Of a DNA stretch of 64,000 bases, positions 1 through 14,117 are shown in pieces (position 1 is the stretch's first letter; each line of letters opens with the position of its first letter). This stretch comes from Eledone cirrhosa (lineage: Eukaryota). The stretch covers positions 226,920,001-226,984,000 of the forward strand of contig OZ024740.1 in the NCBI GenBank assembly GCA_964016885.1. Reading direction: 5' to 3'. The translations under genes and the position numbers were made by a program. The notes under the pieces are model-generated. The model ran no database searches, was not told where the DNA came from, and was given only the letters and a program-made list of their open reading frames with translations.

Positions 1-119
1 TATATACATATTATATATATATACATATTATATATATTATATACATATTATATATATATATATATAATATGCATATATATATAATATATACATATATATA
101 TTATATACATATTATATAT

Positions 120-153
<34 letters not shown>

Positions 154-217
154 ATATATATATATATATATAATATATAATTATATATATATATATGTAA
201 TATATATATATATATAT

Positions 218-272
<55 letters not shown>

Positions 273-389
273 AATTATATATATATATAATATATATATT
301 ATATATATATATATATAATATATATATAATATATATATTATATATATATCAAATGTCTGTATGTTTTGTGTGCCTGTGTATATATATAT

Positions 390-424
<35 letters not shown>

Positions 425-521
425 ATATATATATATATAATATATATATAATATATATATATATAATATATATATAATATATATATATATTATATATATA
501 TATATATTATATATATATATA
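1..521. repeat. Degenerate (TA)n microsatellite tract with a short interruption at ~350-378
   Basis: Nearly pure TA dinucleotide runs. Confidence 0.95.
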
Positions 522-880
522 TTACAGGCACACAAAACATACAGACATTTGATATGTATGTGGGTGGGTGGGGAATTCTGAATATCCACTGAAAGAAAAC
601 ACCACATTATGGTGATCTAAAGAATTGATGTATCATGCGAAGAACGTTTACTTTGAAAATACATAAAAACTCATATACAGAGATATTAATAACAATTTTT
701 ATTCATACTTTATTCTACAGGGAAGAATTATGCACCAATAAATATATTCAAAGTCAAAATATTAGTCATAACTCATCAAGTTTATTGCCAGGCAGTTGTC
801 ATATATGAGCATATATGAAATGATATCATATAAACATATATATATATATACATATATATATATTTACCTGTATATACATA

Positions 881-912
<32 letters not shown>

Positions 913-972
913 CCTACATACATATATATATATAATGACCTCCCCATATATACATTCATGAGTGTGTGTGTA

Positions 973-1337
973 TCATCATCATCATCATCACCGTTTTACG
1001 TCCGTTCTTCCACGCTAGCATGGGTTAGACGGGTTGTCCTGTTGTGGGCAGTGTCTGGTCGGCTGACCATGCCTTGCTCATACAGGAACTGATCTGGCTT
1101 GATTTCTACAGCTGGATGCCCTTCCTAACACCAACCTCATTTACAGTGAGTGCTGGGTGCTTTTTCGTGGCGCCTACACGTCCACTTTACAGTGTGGGCT
1201 GGGTGCTTTTTTGCCGTGGCACCTCCACGACCACCTTGCGGTGGGGGGGGGGGGGGGCATATTGTTTATATGCTTCAGCATGTACCCATGGGAGGTCGGG
1301 TACCCTGTATTACTGCGTGACGCCAGAAGTCACGGTC

Positions 1338-1338
<1 letters not shown>
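973..1338 (-). mobile_element. RTE-clade LINE 3' fragment (subfamily A): ORF end, 3'UTR and (GAT)n tail
   Basis: Reverse complement is nearly identical to 34469-34833, which continues an RTE C-terminal peptide. Ends in GGACGTAAAACGG(TGA)n. Confidence 0.85.
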
Positions 1339-1393
<55 letters not shown>

Positions 1394-1560
1394 TTACTTG
1401 CTAGTAAAGATATACCTATGCTCTAAGCGTTCTTTGTTGTTGATTATATTACGGCTCTGTCCTCAGACATCGAGCTAACCTTATACTGCCTATTGGATAA
1501 GTGGAGTGTTACACACTCCTGATCCTCTCCCTTATATACTATATATATATATATATATAC

Positions 1561-1697
1561 ATAGGAACAAGTAAGACCCCGACGGCTGAGCTCAAGCCGT
1601 TTCGACGGCTAATTCAGTCCAGAATTAGCCTACTACCCTAAGTATTGAGTACTTTGGTGCGTTATGGTCCACCTGGTTCCTTACCACATTTCCTTCG

Positions 1698-1700
<3 letters not shown>
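1561..1700 (+). mobile_element. (TA)n-embedded fold-back element family P1, internally deleted copy (putative Penelope-like pLTR remnant)
   Basis: Matches 25991-26186 and 49097-49300 (ATAGGAAC...CCACATTTCCTTCGTTA). Flanked on both sides by (TA)n. Confidence 0.7.
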
Positions 1701-1741
<41 letters not shown>

Positions 1742-1789
1742 ACATACATATATATATAATATATGACCTCCCCATATATACATTCATGA

Positions 1790-1825
<36 letters not shown>

Positions 1826-2144
1826 AGAGAGAGAGATATGTATGTATATATTCAGTCCACACCATAAACTGGCCATTGATAGGAAGGGCATCAAGCCATT
1901 GAAAATTTGTCAAACAAAGGACCGGGAAGATACTTCAGGTGTACCAAAGACTTTTCCCCAGTTTTTTGAGTCTTAGATAAAATGCTCTCAGTAAAGCACA
2001 GGACCGCATGTTGAACCTCAGCCCAGCTGAGGTCACAGGCTCAGCTTCAGTACTGACTACCTTTGCAAGAAAAACAGCCATTACACACACACACATACAC
2101 ACACACACATATATATATATATAAATATACATATATATATACAT

Positions 2145-2187
<43 letters not shown>

Positions 2188-2350
2188 CACACATATATAT
2201 ATAAATATACATATATATATATATATATATGGTGGCTGCCAACTCGTTTTCGAGTACGGCCACTACTTTATATCCATGTAGGAGAACCCCTACCGATGCG
2301 CTAAACAAATGTGACTTTATATGACTTTATATGACTATATATATATACAT

Positions 2351-2381
<31 letters not shown>

Positions 2382-2685
2382 ATTGTATAAACATTTCATA
2401 TTGTTTAAACAGTATTACTATTATTATCAAAATTTCATACCCACTTCCCTCCCAAAGTTACCTTCGTTTTTGTTTGCTCCAGAATTTTTCTTTAAACTAT
2501 ATAAATTCTTTGATTCTTTTACTGGTTTCAATCATTACCCTGCACTTATGCTGCATCATTGTCTTGATTTAGTCAATCATATCAACCCCAGTACTTATTT
2601 TGTCAGGTTTGGTATTCATCAGTCTTTTTTTTTCATCAAACCATAAGTTACTGGATCAGCCCAGGTTTCACTAGGCCAAACAGGG

Positions 2686-2896
2686 AAAGTGTCCAAATAC
2701 TGGCTGCTCTCTGATAAGTTTGTCATTGAGCCAGTGGCAGTGGAGACTTCCAGTGTTTATGGCCCCTGGACCACATCCCTTCTCACTGTCATCAGAACAG
2801 GACTGGCGACCCACAAGTGCAAGCCTCACAATGTTCAGTAGATGATCCAGTATACCTCCCTCGCCATCCTCCAGGACAATGCCATCTCTAACCTGT
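2686..2896 (+). pseudogene. Relic of a restriction-like endonuclease (REL) C-terminus from a CRE/R2-type non-LTR retrotransposon
   Basis: Manual translation KVSKYWLLSDKFVIEPVAVETSSVYGPWTTSLL...SLAILQDNAISNL resembles the K..KY..L...F.P.A.ET.G..G...S.A..RGNA pattern. Disrupted. Confidence 0.6.
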
Positions 2897-3022
2897 CAGC
2901 CAAAACCATGAGGTGGACTGGCCCATAAGATATGGTGTTTGTTTGATGTTTAAATTTCAAGAAAATTTACAAAATTCTAAGCATGGGCATGGACCCCCCC
3001 CCCCACACACACACATATATAC

Positions 3023-3055
<33 letters not shown>

Positions 3056-3142
3056 ATATTATTCAAAATATTAATAAATGAGAAATATTATCATAACCAA
3101 AGTATATATTTTATATATTTTTTATATTGGTTATATATATTT

Positions 3143-3356
3143 TCATTTCATTTTACGTCCCCTTTTTCCCTGCTTGCAAGGGTGGGACGGGAACTGATTC
3201 TGGCTTGATTTCTACAGCTGGATGCCCTTCCTAATACCAACCTCATTTACAGTGAGTGGTATGTTTTTTTTTGCCTTGGCACCTCCACGACCACTTTGCA
3301 GCTGAGTAAACTGGAGCAATGTGAAATAAAGTGTTTTGCTCAAGGAAACAACACAT
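3143..3356 (-). mobile_element. SINE family B, partial and internally deleted copy
   Basis: Matches the 3' and central parts of 28872-29215 and 14879-15219. Confidence 0.8.
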
Positions 3357-3926
3357 CATATTTTCTATTTAATTTTGGTTGTAATTCTTTTATGTTTAGG
3401 CAATAAACATAAAAGAATTACAACCAAAATTAAATAGAAAATATGAGTGGAACAGCAACATCACAACTTACAATTAAGGACAAAATGAAAACACAACGCA
3501 CATAGAACAAACAACCAACCTATAACATGTAAATAAACAAATAAATAAACGAACATAAACACACACAGACACCCGGATGTGGCGCATGCACAGACTGAGC
3601 ACACAACACACACACAGAAACAAAATGGTGTAGGACAGAACAAAGGAGAGGCACAAAAACAAAGAAAAGAATCCCCAGTCACTGAAGAGGTCACAGAATA
3701 TGTGACGAAAGAACTTTGACAATGTATAAACAACTACCTGGTTGTGGAACCAACCAACCAACCGGAAATTTATAAATTCTTAAATTTATAAATTTATTAT
3801 AATAAATTGAAGTGAAAGCAACTGGTGTGTGTGTTTCTTATTGGCAACATGACCCTCCCAAAGTATAACAATATCAGTTTCAACACACGTTTTCAGATAA
3901 AGAATCTTGCTAAACAAATTCAGAAA

Positions 3927-3928
<2 letters not shown>
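3357..3928 (+). mobile_element. Hammerhead-containing element family P2 (putative Penelope-like pLTR) with a 42-bp perfect fold-back at its 5' end
   Basis: Homologous to 40753-41078 (-), 44659-44995 and 49311-49545 (-). Perfect inverted arms 3357-3398 and 3404-3445. The 3' end abuts (TA)n. Confidence 0.7.
3678..3720 (+). ncRNA. Minimal type I hammerhead ribozyme motif
   Basis: GUCA-CUGAAGA-G-GUCACA-gaaua-UGUGAC-GAAA-GAAC-UU-UGAC: stem I GUCA/UGAC, 6-bp stem II, core CUGANGA/GAAA, cleavage triplet CUU. Confidence 0.8.
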
Positions 3929-3966
<38 letters not shown>

Positions 3967-3969
<3 letters not shown>

Positions 3970-4099
3970 TTCTACAGGACTAGAACTGTTTCATTCGAAG
4001 GAAATCATCAGGGCTTTCCTGATGATTTCCTCCGAATGAAACAGTTCTATCTATTGAGTACTACCTTACTGTAATTACCACTGATTGAACACGGGATAC
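3967..4099. mobile_element. Short (TA)n-adjacent element with two back-to-back inverted hammerhead-like cores
   Basis: Inverted arms 3981-4012 and 4018-4049 (1 mismatch), each reading CTGATGA-TTTCCT(T/C)CGAAT-GAAAC outward. Confidence 0.55.
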
Positions 4100-4126
4100 A
4101 CTCACACACACATATATATATATGTT

Positions 4127-4190
<64 letters not shown>

Positions 4191-4577
4191 TATATATTTA
4201 TCTATATATACATATGCTTACCATCATTATTTCTGTATTACATCTGTTCTTCTATGCTAGTAAGGCAAAACTTTTGATTAGGACGAACTTACTGATACCA
4301 ACATTTTATTTTTTCCTAACAGTAAGGTATTTATTCCATTCATTTTTACCTGTCAAAAAATAGCCAGACAAAGGAATTTTATTTCATAAAAATTCATGTA
4401 TGTACTTAAAACATAAAACCCTCACCAACCAAAAACTGTTTAGCCAAATCTAAGAAAATTGATTTTATATATACATTTTTGTAAGATATATATTTATATA
4501 TATATGCATGTTTGTATGTGTACATGTATGTATCTTTCAGAAAAAAATTCATACCCAGCTATGTATAAATTATATTC

Positions 4578-4659
<82 letters not shown>

Positions 4660-4660
4660 A

Positions 4661-4692
<32 letters not shown>

Positions 4693-6480
4693 TGTGTAAA
4701 GAGAGAGAGATTACACTAACTATGGTGTCATTTAAATACAATTATTTCTCTGGCTGTCTATTTCAGATTTTCATGTATATACACACATACACACACAAAC
4801 AAACACACATATATACAGTATTTTATCAAACCCGTTACATATATATATATATATATATATATACATACATACATATGTATATATGCATTTATACATATAT
4901 ATATTTATGAAATTATTTCATCTTTATTTTTAAATTCCGTCTAACTTCTTATTTTTTTATGCTATTATAAGTTACTTGTCTGAATTCAATGTTATTTCTC
5001 ATTTTTCTTCTAAAAAAAGGAGTGTACTTGAAGTCAGCTTAAGCTAAGAACATTGGCTTTTTGCCTGTCTTGCTCTCTTATTTAGCTTGTAAATATGTAG
5101 GCTTGAAGATTATTTGTTGGTGGGGTGGGATTACATGCAGACATAGTTGTGCTGCAAAGGAGTTTGCTTCACAACTACATAAATTGGGGTTCAATCTCAC
5201 TATGTGGCACTTTGAGCATTGTTTCCTACGAGGGTCTCAAGTTGACCAATGGTTTATGAGTGAAATTTGAGAAACAGAAATTATGTGAAATACCATTGTG
5301 TGTGTATATATATATATATATACAATGGCATTTCACACAATATATATATTATATTATTTATTCATGTTCATATAAATGTATGTGTGTGTGTGTGTGTGTG
5401 TGTGTTTATATTTACTGTTTATGTCTGGTAACTGATGAAATAAGTATCAGACTTAAAAAGTCAGAAAGTTCAACTAAATCCATTCAAGTGGGTACTCCAG
5501 CATGGCCACAGTCTAATGACTGAAAAAAGTTTTAAAAAATGAAAAAAAATTTAACATACTGAGTTATTTTATTACACAATTTAATCTAAGTTAACTTTTG
5601 CAGCAGAATGAAAAATGTGAATTGTGTACTAATGATGTGATTCCTTTTACTTCAAATAAAGAGAAGGTATAATTGGGCCTAGAATGACTTTTATGGTTGT
5701 AGTGATATATGACTAAATTTGTTAGAGATAATAAGGATTTATCTTTTTTGATATTAAGCTCCCTGAAACTGACTCTGTATATATTTATCTAAAACCTTCC
5801 CTCATGATATTATGTAAAGATCTTTGTTAAGCTTTGTTCTAAACACAAGATGTATTAAGTTAGATATTCAACTAAATCCTTTCAATACTTGATAATTTAA
5901 AAAAATATTTTGAATATCGCAAGCAGTGTCTTTCATTAGATATATGTAAACAAAATGCATACACTAAAAATATATACTTTTACCATTTTCACTGTCTCTC
6001 TCTTCCTTCATCATTTTCCGTCTCTTACTTTCTCTTTCACACACTCTCCCTCTCTTTCACTCCAGCCCATGTCTCTCTCACATTCTTTCTTTCCCCATGT
6101 CTCTCATACTTACTTACACTCATATAACAATGAACAGCTTTCTCATAAATGAACCAAATATTGATGACAAATTTCCCAAGTGGATACATTTCATTGCTAA
6201 AATTTCAGGTATATAATCTTATGTAGCAAATGAGAAAAGCATATAAACTTTTAGAATATTGTGATGATGATGATGATGATGATACTTTCTCATATTAATA
6301 ACAAATTCGTGAATATTTATTTAGTTACTTTTTTTTTCTTTTCAAATATCTTACATACGTTTCAAGATTTCTGATGGAGTATTTTTTGGTGTGCAGGTAG
6401 AGCCAGAATCACTTTTATCACAATTAGTTCTAAATTTACTTAGAAAAACTAAATAAATAGATATAAAAAAAAATGTAAAG

Positions 6481-6567
6481 ATGAAGAAGAAGCTACGTTC
6501 TATAAAAACAATGTTGGGTAAAAGTAAAACCTTCATCTCTGAAGTTGCTAATAGCAATGATGTTCAT
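6481..6567 (+). CDS. Possible first coding exon of an unidentified host gene (MKKKLRSIKTMLGKSKTFISEVANSNDVH)
   Basis: Non-repetitive sequence. ATG at 6481 with an in-frame upstream TAA (6454-6456), 29 codons, then GTAAGC donor at 6568. Pyrimidine tract and AG upstream (~6330-6367). No homology recognised. Confidence 0.25.
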
Positions 6568-6910
6568 GTAAGCTTAAAAGAGCAACAGGAGCTATTAAAT
6601 ATATATACTTTCATTTGAAGTAGCAGTAATGGAAGAATATGAGCAGGCTGTAAAATTGGAAATCAATGCTTTACTTTGTCAGACTATTAAACTGCTATGA
6701 GCAACAGTTTTATCCACTATATTTTACCTGGTTGCTGACTAAATTGTTCCTTTGAACAGTTGACTCGCTTACATTCCATCAGGATCTATTCAGGGAAGTA
6801 AAAAAGAAATGTTTGAAATAATAAGAGGGTGAATAATAATTCAATGATACACTGTATCTATGTGGCTAGCTTGGATAATTCCATACAAGATGGTTTTTAG
6901 TATAATCTAC

Positions 6911-6986
<76 letters not shown>

Positions 6987-9900
6987 ATACATATATATAT
7001 ACATATATACATTTACACGTGCCTACATATATGTGTGTGTGGGTGGGTGTATACATTTGTGTAAATATGTATATTGAAAATCTAAACCTATCAAAACTAA
7101 TAACGAGAGAAGCTCAATTTCATGTTAAAATGGAGAATCATGAACAGAATATTTTTATGCTTTCTTTAATATCACGCTTTTTTTTAACTATTGGAACATT
7201 TTATCTAAGGATATATTTTGTTTTTTCTATACTCCTTTTTGAAATATCTTTTCTTTGATAATGTTTTTTGTACCACATTAGTAAAGTAACCATGACTGAA
7301 TCTTACTTTAAAATAGACTGTCTGTTTTCACTGATCCAGTTCTATAATATACTGACCTATATTATACAAAAAGCAAACCTCTTCCGGCATGGAACATATA
7401 TTTCTTTTTATGTATAGAAATACATTTCAAATATAAACATTAATAATATTTTCCATTTCATTTTACTCCACATATTTCATGTCTGCTCTTGCTGGATATT
7501 TCATGAAATAATTTTCAAATATTTTATTATTCTGCCCACAGTTCTTCAGATTTAAGTTAGATCCAACTTAAATGGTGCATGATATTTTCTTTCTTTTGTT
7601 CTGGTATATCATTTTGTAGTTGTGATTGTATTTTTCTGGGAGTTGGGAACAGATTACTCAATGAAGGAAGAGAATCATTATGACTTTTGTTATTTCTACA
7701 CTATTGGTAAAGGTTGACTGCCTAGTGTTTATGGTGTTGGTCTCATGATTATATGGTTGTGAGTTCAATACCCAGGCTGGGTGATGCATTTTATCTTGGA
7801 ATAAGGCACTTCATTTCACTTCACATTATTTCAGTTCATTTAGTTAGTGCTAATTATGTTAATCTTGTGGGGAACTGGCATCTCATCCAAGGGAAGAGGT
7901 GCACCATTTTCGTCAAATTAAATGTATTTTCGATCCCCAAATTTTGTTTGAGGATCTTATAGAGCAAGAGCACCATAATCTTTTTAGGGATTAGGGTCTC
8001 AAAAGGACTTAATCTACTTTCAGTTGCTTAACATGACACAAAATTGAATAAACCCCATCCTGTGAAGCTCTAGACACAAGAAAGATTTTATATTTAAGGA
8101 TGTAACACATGAGTAACATCTGAAAAGATTTAAATTGAAAACCAACAATGATCAGATAACTACATACAATTCTAATTTTAGCTCATGTCACACATCTGAG
8201 CCCTTCATCAAACTTGTATTGAAAACATTCTTGTTGTAAACTACTCTGAATTTTGAAGGGAAATTCATCTTATTATAATACTCTAAACTGAAATCTTTGC
8301 TAAGCTTGTTTCTTTGAGAATTATTATTCGGTGAATACTAGATTCTAGCAGCTAATCATATATAGTAGGTGTGGGTGCTTAGGACACATTGTTTTATGAT
8401 ATTTGTTCCAGTTCTCTGTGTTCTGAGTTCAAATTCCAGTGTAAAGCTGGCCTTTCATCTTTTCTAAACCATTAAATTATAATACACATCCATGGTAGTG
8501 GCAGAATTCACAAAGTATCAAATGGAATGCCTTGTGATATTTGTTCTGAATTTAAATCCCACTTCAACGTATTTGTATTGTAGACTTAATCAGTCACATA
8601 GTTTAATACCACCTCTTAGCCTTTGTCATTGCTAGCATGTGGGTCAACTCACCAATTTGAGGATACCTTCCTCTCCTCTTATCAGTCTCAGTAGCTCTAA
8701 AAAGGGCTGTGGGCATTATTTTCTCTTCTCTGACTATACAGTAGAAATAAAACCCTCACTTTTCTTGTCTCCATTTTTTTCTCGTGTTAACTTATTCAGA
8801 AATGCAAATATGTAAGTCTTTTTTCAAATTCAGTTCTTTTGAAATCTTACACCAATGAGTTAATCTTCTCCCCTTCACCTCCACCCGGTTTTTGTTTGTT
8901 TGTTTTAAAATTATATTAACTTTGTTTCCAGTAAAATACATACTACTCTCAAACCTATTAAGAATATTTATTGTTCAAAGTATTATATCTAATATTATTC
9001 CATATATCTTGGAGAAAAAAAATTAGTTTAAAGAAATGTTAGAAAATTAACTGTAACATCATACAAGGAACCAATATGCATAAAGAGTAGAGATAGCAGA
9101 TGAGTCACTAAAATGTTTTTGTATTTATCAGTTTTCTATTTAGATAATATTTTTCTTCATATCCCAGAAGAAAAAAAATGAAATAATAGATAAGTTTCAT
9201 TTACCCAGACAGGAATTTAATATCCTATTCTGAAAAACATATATATGTAAATATATGTATCTTAATCATATGAAACCCTCTATATATATATATATATATG
9301 TTATTTCATAAGATGAGCTTTCTATGAAAAACTGAAAGATAAAATAATAATTTTGCATGCTTGAAGGTAATCTCCCAAGTTGATCCATCTGTATTTTATT
9401 GGGGTAAAATGCAGCTTCAACTCTGACAAATAATTCTAGCTAGAGGTATTTTATTTTGCAAATTAAATATGTAATACATAAGTTGACTGTTTCTCCGTAA
9501 GAAATCAAATTACTGCTGTAAATAGAATGAAAAGGAGGAAAGATTTTTCGGAAGCCTATAAAACTCTAATTCTGTTTCGTTAATTTTATTCATTTATTTG
9601 TAGATTTATTTAATAATCTTCATAAATAAAATAAAATAATAAATATCTGAAACAAACAAAATAAAACTCAAGCTGAAATTATTCAATTAGTTTAGAGTAA
9701 TTTGATTTTTTTATTCTACATTTTCTTTATGAGATCTTCCAGATCTTTAGGTGGTATGGAAGCTTTAGGTAAAGAATTCATGAACCATTAGCATTTCGGA
9801 ATATTTCAAATGCTAGTTATGAAGTGGGACTGATTTATTGAGTGTGTATGTTAGATAAAGTTATTAATGAAATAAAATGCAGCAATATAAACGAGGGAAA

Positions 9901-10124
9901 GGTTTAGGTTAAACATTTTCAAAGAATATAATATAAAAGTTGCAGAAAATAAATATGAATTTTGGTAAGATGGTGAGATTTAAATGAATGAATTTCTTCA
10001 GATTTAAAAAGGGTAAATTTTGATAGAATTTTAGATGAGGAATTTAAATTGAATAAAAAGCAATGAATTAAACTAAGCAAAATGAGGTAAAAAAATGTTT
10101 GACTTATTGGTTTTACTTGATTTC

Positions 10125-10125
<1 letters not shown>

Positions 10126-10200
<75 letters not shown>
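10126..10200. repeat. (ATT)n microsatellite
   Basis: Pure TTA/ATT run. Confidence 0.95.
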
Positions 10201-10201
<1 letters not shown>

Positions 10202-10959
10202 TCATGGTGTTTGGGGAAGCCCAAAATAGTGACTCATTTCTATAATCCTGTCGATAATCTATAAAATCTGTACATGTCACATAATTCCTATTGTTGGAAT
10301 AACAGGCCATGAGGTTAAGTTGAAGTCTTAAATACTAGAAACATTCTGGGTCTGTATAACTCCTTTACCATTCTTCCATACCAATTCCACATTTATGATT
10401 CATATCATTAGAAATGACAGGCATGAAAATAGAAATAAAAAGAAAAGATTTAAAAAATTAAATAAACATTGAAGCTATTTTTTTTAAATTTGCATTTCTG
10501 ATCTTATCTACCCCAATCAATTAAAAATTAACCAGGCAATTTCGATATTTTAATTAGTATTTAATTGAAGTTTCTGATGAGAATGTAATTACATAAGGTC
10601 AATGAAGCAGGAAATTTCTTTTACCTAACTAGATTCAAGAGCTGTTTGTTTCTTAAGAAGACAGAAATATTTCTAACAAAGCTTAAGACCACATATATAC
10701 ATTCAGGCATGTACTAATATGTATATGAATGCATACAAATAACTATACACACAACACACAGACATACCCACACACACATGCACACACACACAATCACATA
10801 ACAGGAAGAGATTAAATTTAGATATATTGACTCTGGTACTTTGAAAGCAGAAGCAAAGACATGATCTAAGAGATTTTATCTCAGCATATAAAGGAGCACA
10901 ACTAAATACTACACACTATTTTTATTCAATTCTGCCAATTCACCATTATAAAAAAAATA

Positions 10960-11425
10960 ATGGATTCTAATTTAGGCACAAGGCCAGAAATTTGTGGATA
11001 TGGGCAAGTTGATTATATATAACCCAGTACTTGACTGGCACTTTATTTCCTCAACCCTGGAAGGAAGAAAGGCAAAGTTCACCTTGGCAGGACTGGAATT
11101 TAGAATGTTAAGAACTGGAACAAATACTAGAAAGTCATCTTGTCTGATGTTCTACAAATTAGGCCAATCCACCAAGCTCTGTTCTAAAACAATAACAACA
11201 ACAACAATAAGAATAATGGTCTCTGATTTAGGCACAAGGCCAACAATTCTGTGAAGAGGAACAAGTCAACCCATGTGCATTACTGGTGCTTTATTTTATC
11301 GCACCCGTAAAGATAAAAGGTAAAGTTAACCTTGGCGGGATTTGAACACAAAACATAAAGGGACATAACTCTATGCTGCAAAGCATATTATCTGATGCTC
11401 TACAGATACTGCCAATCCACTGTTC
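10960..11425 (-). mobile_element. Two adjacent degraded SINE family C copies
   Basis: Each shows TTTAGGCACAAGGCC...AAAGGCAAAGTT(A/C)ACCTTGGC, similar to 27414-27596. Confidence 0.65.
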
Positions 11426-11770
11426 CCAACAACAATAGAATTAATAAAAGAAATAAAACCTTTATTTACAAAAAGAGACATTCATATTATTCAACACATG
11501 CTTTATAATAGCCATAAAGCTACATCAGTAATTCAAGGGCCTACATAGACTTACAGGTCCTTGAGTCACAGATATAGATTTAGAGCTATAGTAAAGCATA
11601 TATCTCTTCGTGTATTAAGTTTTGTTGCTCACGTATGTGCAACCAAGCTTATTATTCATCACACAAAGTTTGGATGGCAACAATTTTTTGACTTCTTTTT
11701 ACTGGGCATTCAAAAAAAAAAAAAACCACAATACTTTTCAATGTTTATATCACCAGCCTTACTTGATAAA

Positions 11771-12050
11771 GTCATCATCATCATCATCAGCAGCCTCATT
11801 ATCATCATTGTCATCGTTGTCAGGCTTATCATCATCATCATCATCATCATCCTCTTCCCCACCTTCATTGTTATAATCATCCACATCACCATCAATATCA
11901 ACATCACTACCATCATCATCATCATCATCATCGCTGTCATCCTTATCATCATCGTCCTCATCTCCATCCTCCTTTGTTATCATCACTGTTATCATCATCT
12001 ACATCATCATCAGCAATCTCAACAGCACTGCCATCATCATCATCATCATT
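11771..12050. repeat. Degenerate (CAT)n trinucleotide tract
   Basis: ATC/CAT repeats. Source of the poly-I/S/D/M ORF artefacts. Confidence 0.9.
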
Positions 12051-12313
12051 GTTGTTGACAATGCATTTACCAGTTTATATGTTAACTTTGATGCATCTTT
12101 GCTCTTACGCTTGCATTTCTATGATCCAGATTTTGCATATGAGTGCATTAGTATGCATTTTGTATGCATGTTACTAACATCTGAACTACTCAAATCCTAT
12201 ATGCTAATCCAAATACATGTATCTATGCATGTTATTAAAGCTCTCTATTGAAATCTCTCTTTTTCTCTCTGTTTCACCTCCTCACCCTTCCTCTCTTCCT
12301 CACTTTGTATCTT

Positions 12314-12380
<67 letters not shown>

Positions 12381-12543
12381 ATGTATATATGTATGTATGT
12401 ATATATATATACATAGATATATATATATATGTAGGAAGATAGATAAATAGATGGTGTGTGTGTGATGTGTGCATGTGAGTCTGCAAGCATAGAAAATAGA
12501 CAAAACGGTGATAATGATGTATATATATATATATGTATGTAAG

Positions 12544-12572
<29 letters not shown>

Positions 12573-12576
<4 letters not shown>

Positions 12577-12767
12577 ATGTTCAAGACCCCGACGGCAGAA
12601 CTTAAGCCATTTCGACAGCCATTTCTGGACTGAAATAGCCGTCAAAACGGCTTGAGCTCTGCCATCGAGGTCTTGAACATTTTCCTATCATGCACTCTAC
12701 TACCCTAAGTATTGAGTACTCTGGTGCGTTATGGTCCATCTGGTTCCTTACCGCACTTCCTTCGTTA
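12573..12767 (+). mobile_element. Fold-back element family P1
   Basis: ~55-bp inverted arms (12573-~12625 and ~12632-12684) followed by the P1 body. Flanked by (TA)n. Confidence 0.75.
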
Positions 12768-12769
12768 TA

Positions 12770-12803
<34 letters not shown>

Positions 12804-13250
12804 TAATCTGGATGGAGCACATAACTGTCTTTATATGTGCATATGTGTGTGTGTATGAGGGGGAAGCTTGTGTGTTTGTGTGTTAATGTTATATACATCC
12901 ATTTAGATATTTAGATGTTTCACTTAATTTGAGTGTTTTCCTGGATTTCTTATCCTTCTCTCAGTCAAAAGACAAGGAAGGAACCTGTAAGTAAAAGTTA
13001 ATCCTGGATCAACCTCTCACAACACAACAAGTACTTTTTATGCAGATCAGCTGTGCACTTAAATAGACAGTCATTCTATCTAGCTTGTCAATAAAAGGAA
13101 TTCATCTGGCTGGAATGATAACCAGAACATTCTACATTGAAAGCTTATAAATTTAATCCTTTTATGACCATATTGCTAATGAAATACACTACCTTTTATT
13201 TTAAAATAATTTTGAAAATAATCAGGAATTTTGAATAAAAAAACACAGAC

Positions 13251-13450
13251 TTATACACAAGAATTTCTAGTGAAATACATAGACTAATACACAAGAATTT
13301 CTAATGAAATACACAGACTAATACACAAGAATTTTTAATGAAATACAGACAAATACACAAGAATTTCTAATGAAATACACAGGTTAATACACAAGAATTT
13401 CTAGTGAGATGCACAGACTAATACACAAGAATTTCTAATGAAATATACAG
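13251..13450. repeat. Minisatellite of six ~34-bp units (TAATACACAAGAATTTCTAATGAAATACACAGAC) inside an older degenerate duplication (~13155-13800)
   Basis: Units start at ~13251, 13285, 13319, 13351, 13385 and 13419. Confidence 0.85.
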
Positions 13451-14117
13451 GCTGTGATAAATAACTAACTTTCTCATTATTATTCCTTTATGACCATTTG
13501 TAATGCTATACACTCTATTTCAATTAATTAAGACAAATATTTAAGGGATTTACTAAAAATAATTTATTATTTAATTACTAAGATAGTTTTCATATTTCTA
13601 ATGAAATACTATTATTTTCAAATAATGTTTTGAATAATCAAGATTTTTTTAAGGAAGTAGCAGTATAACTATATTTCTCATTATTGACTCTTTCATGACC
13701 ACATTCCTAATGAAATACACTCAATTTCAATAAAACAATGAAAATTCTTGAGGTATTTACTAAAGTTATTATTTATTTCATTACTAAAATAGTAACTAAA
13801 CATAAAGTTCTTCTCTGAAGATATGAAGGAATATTTTAATTTAAATCCAATCCAATCCAGGGCCTTCGCACTCCTGTTGGAGCAATTCCTTTCTGGTTGA
13901 CCTCCACTGCTTTCTGTTTGGTTTTGGTCATGTCAGCAGTACTCACCACATTTGGCTAATTGTGGGTTGGTGAGTTTATTTAATCCATAGTTGGAGTGGA
14001 TGGCACTTGAGTTTGAGGAGTTCATCTGCCCTTTTAATTTAGATAAGAACACTTTAAGATGAGTATTTCTTTTTTAAAAAGAACCAATCAGTTTTGTTGT
14101 TAAGCTAGTGTTTAAAG

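Noticed and set aside
12940-13000. Possible 22-nt microexon (+, 12965-12986) or a minus-strand splice acceptor
   Set aside because: Signals on the two strands conflict and there is no coding or homology support.
13251-13450. CRISPR-like 34-bp repeats
   Set aside because: Head-to-tail units with no spacers.
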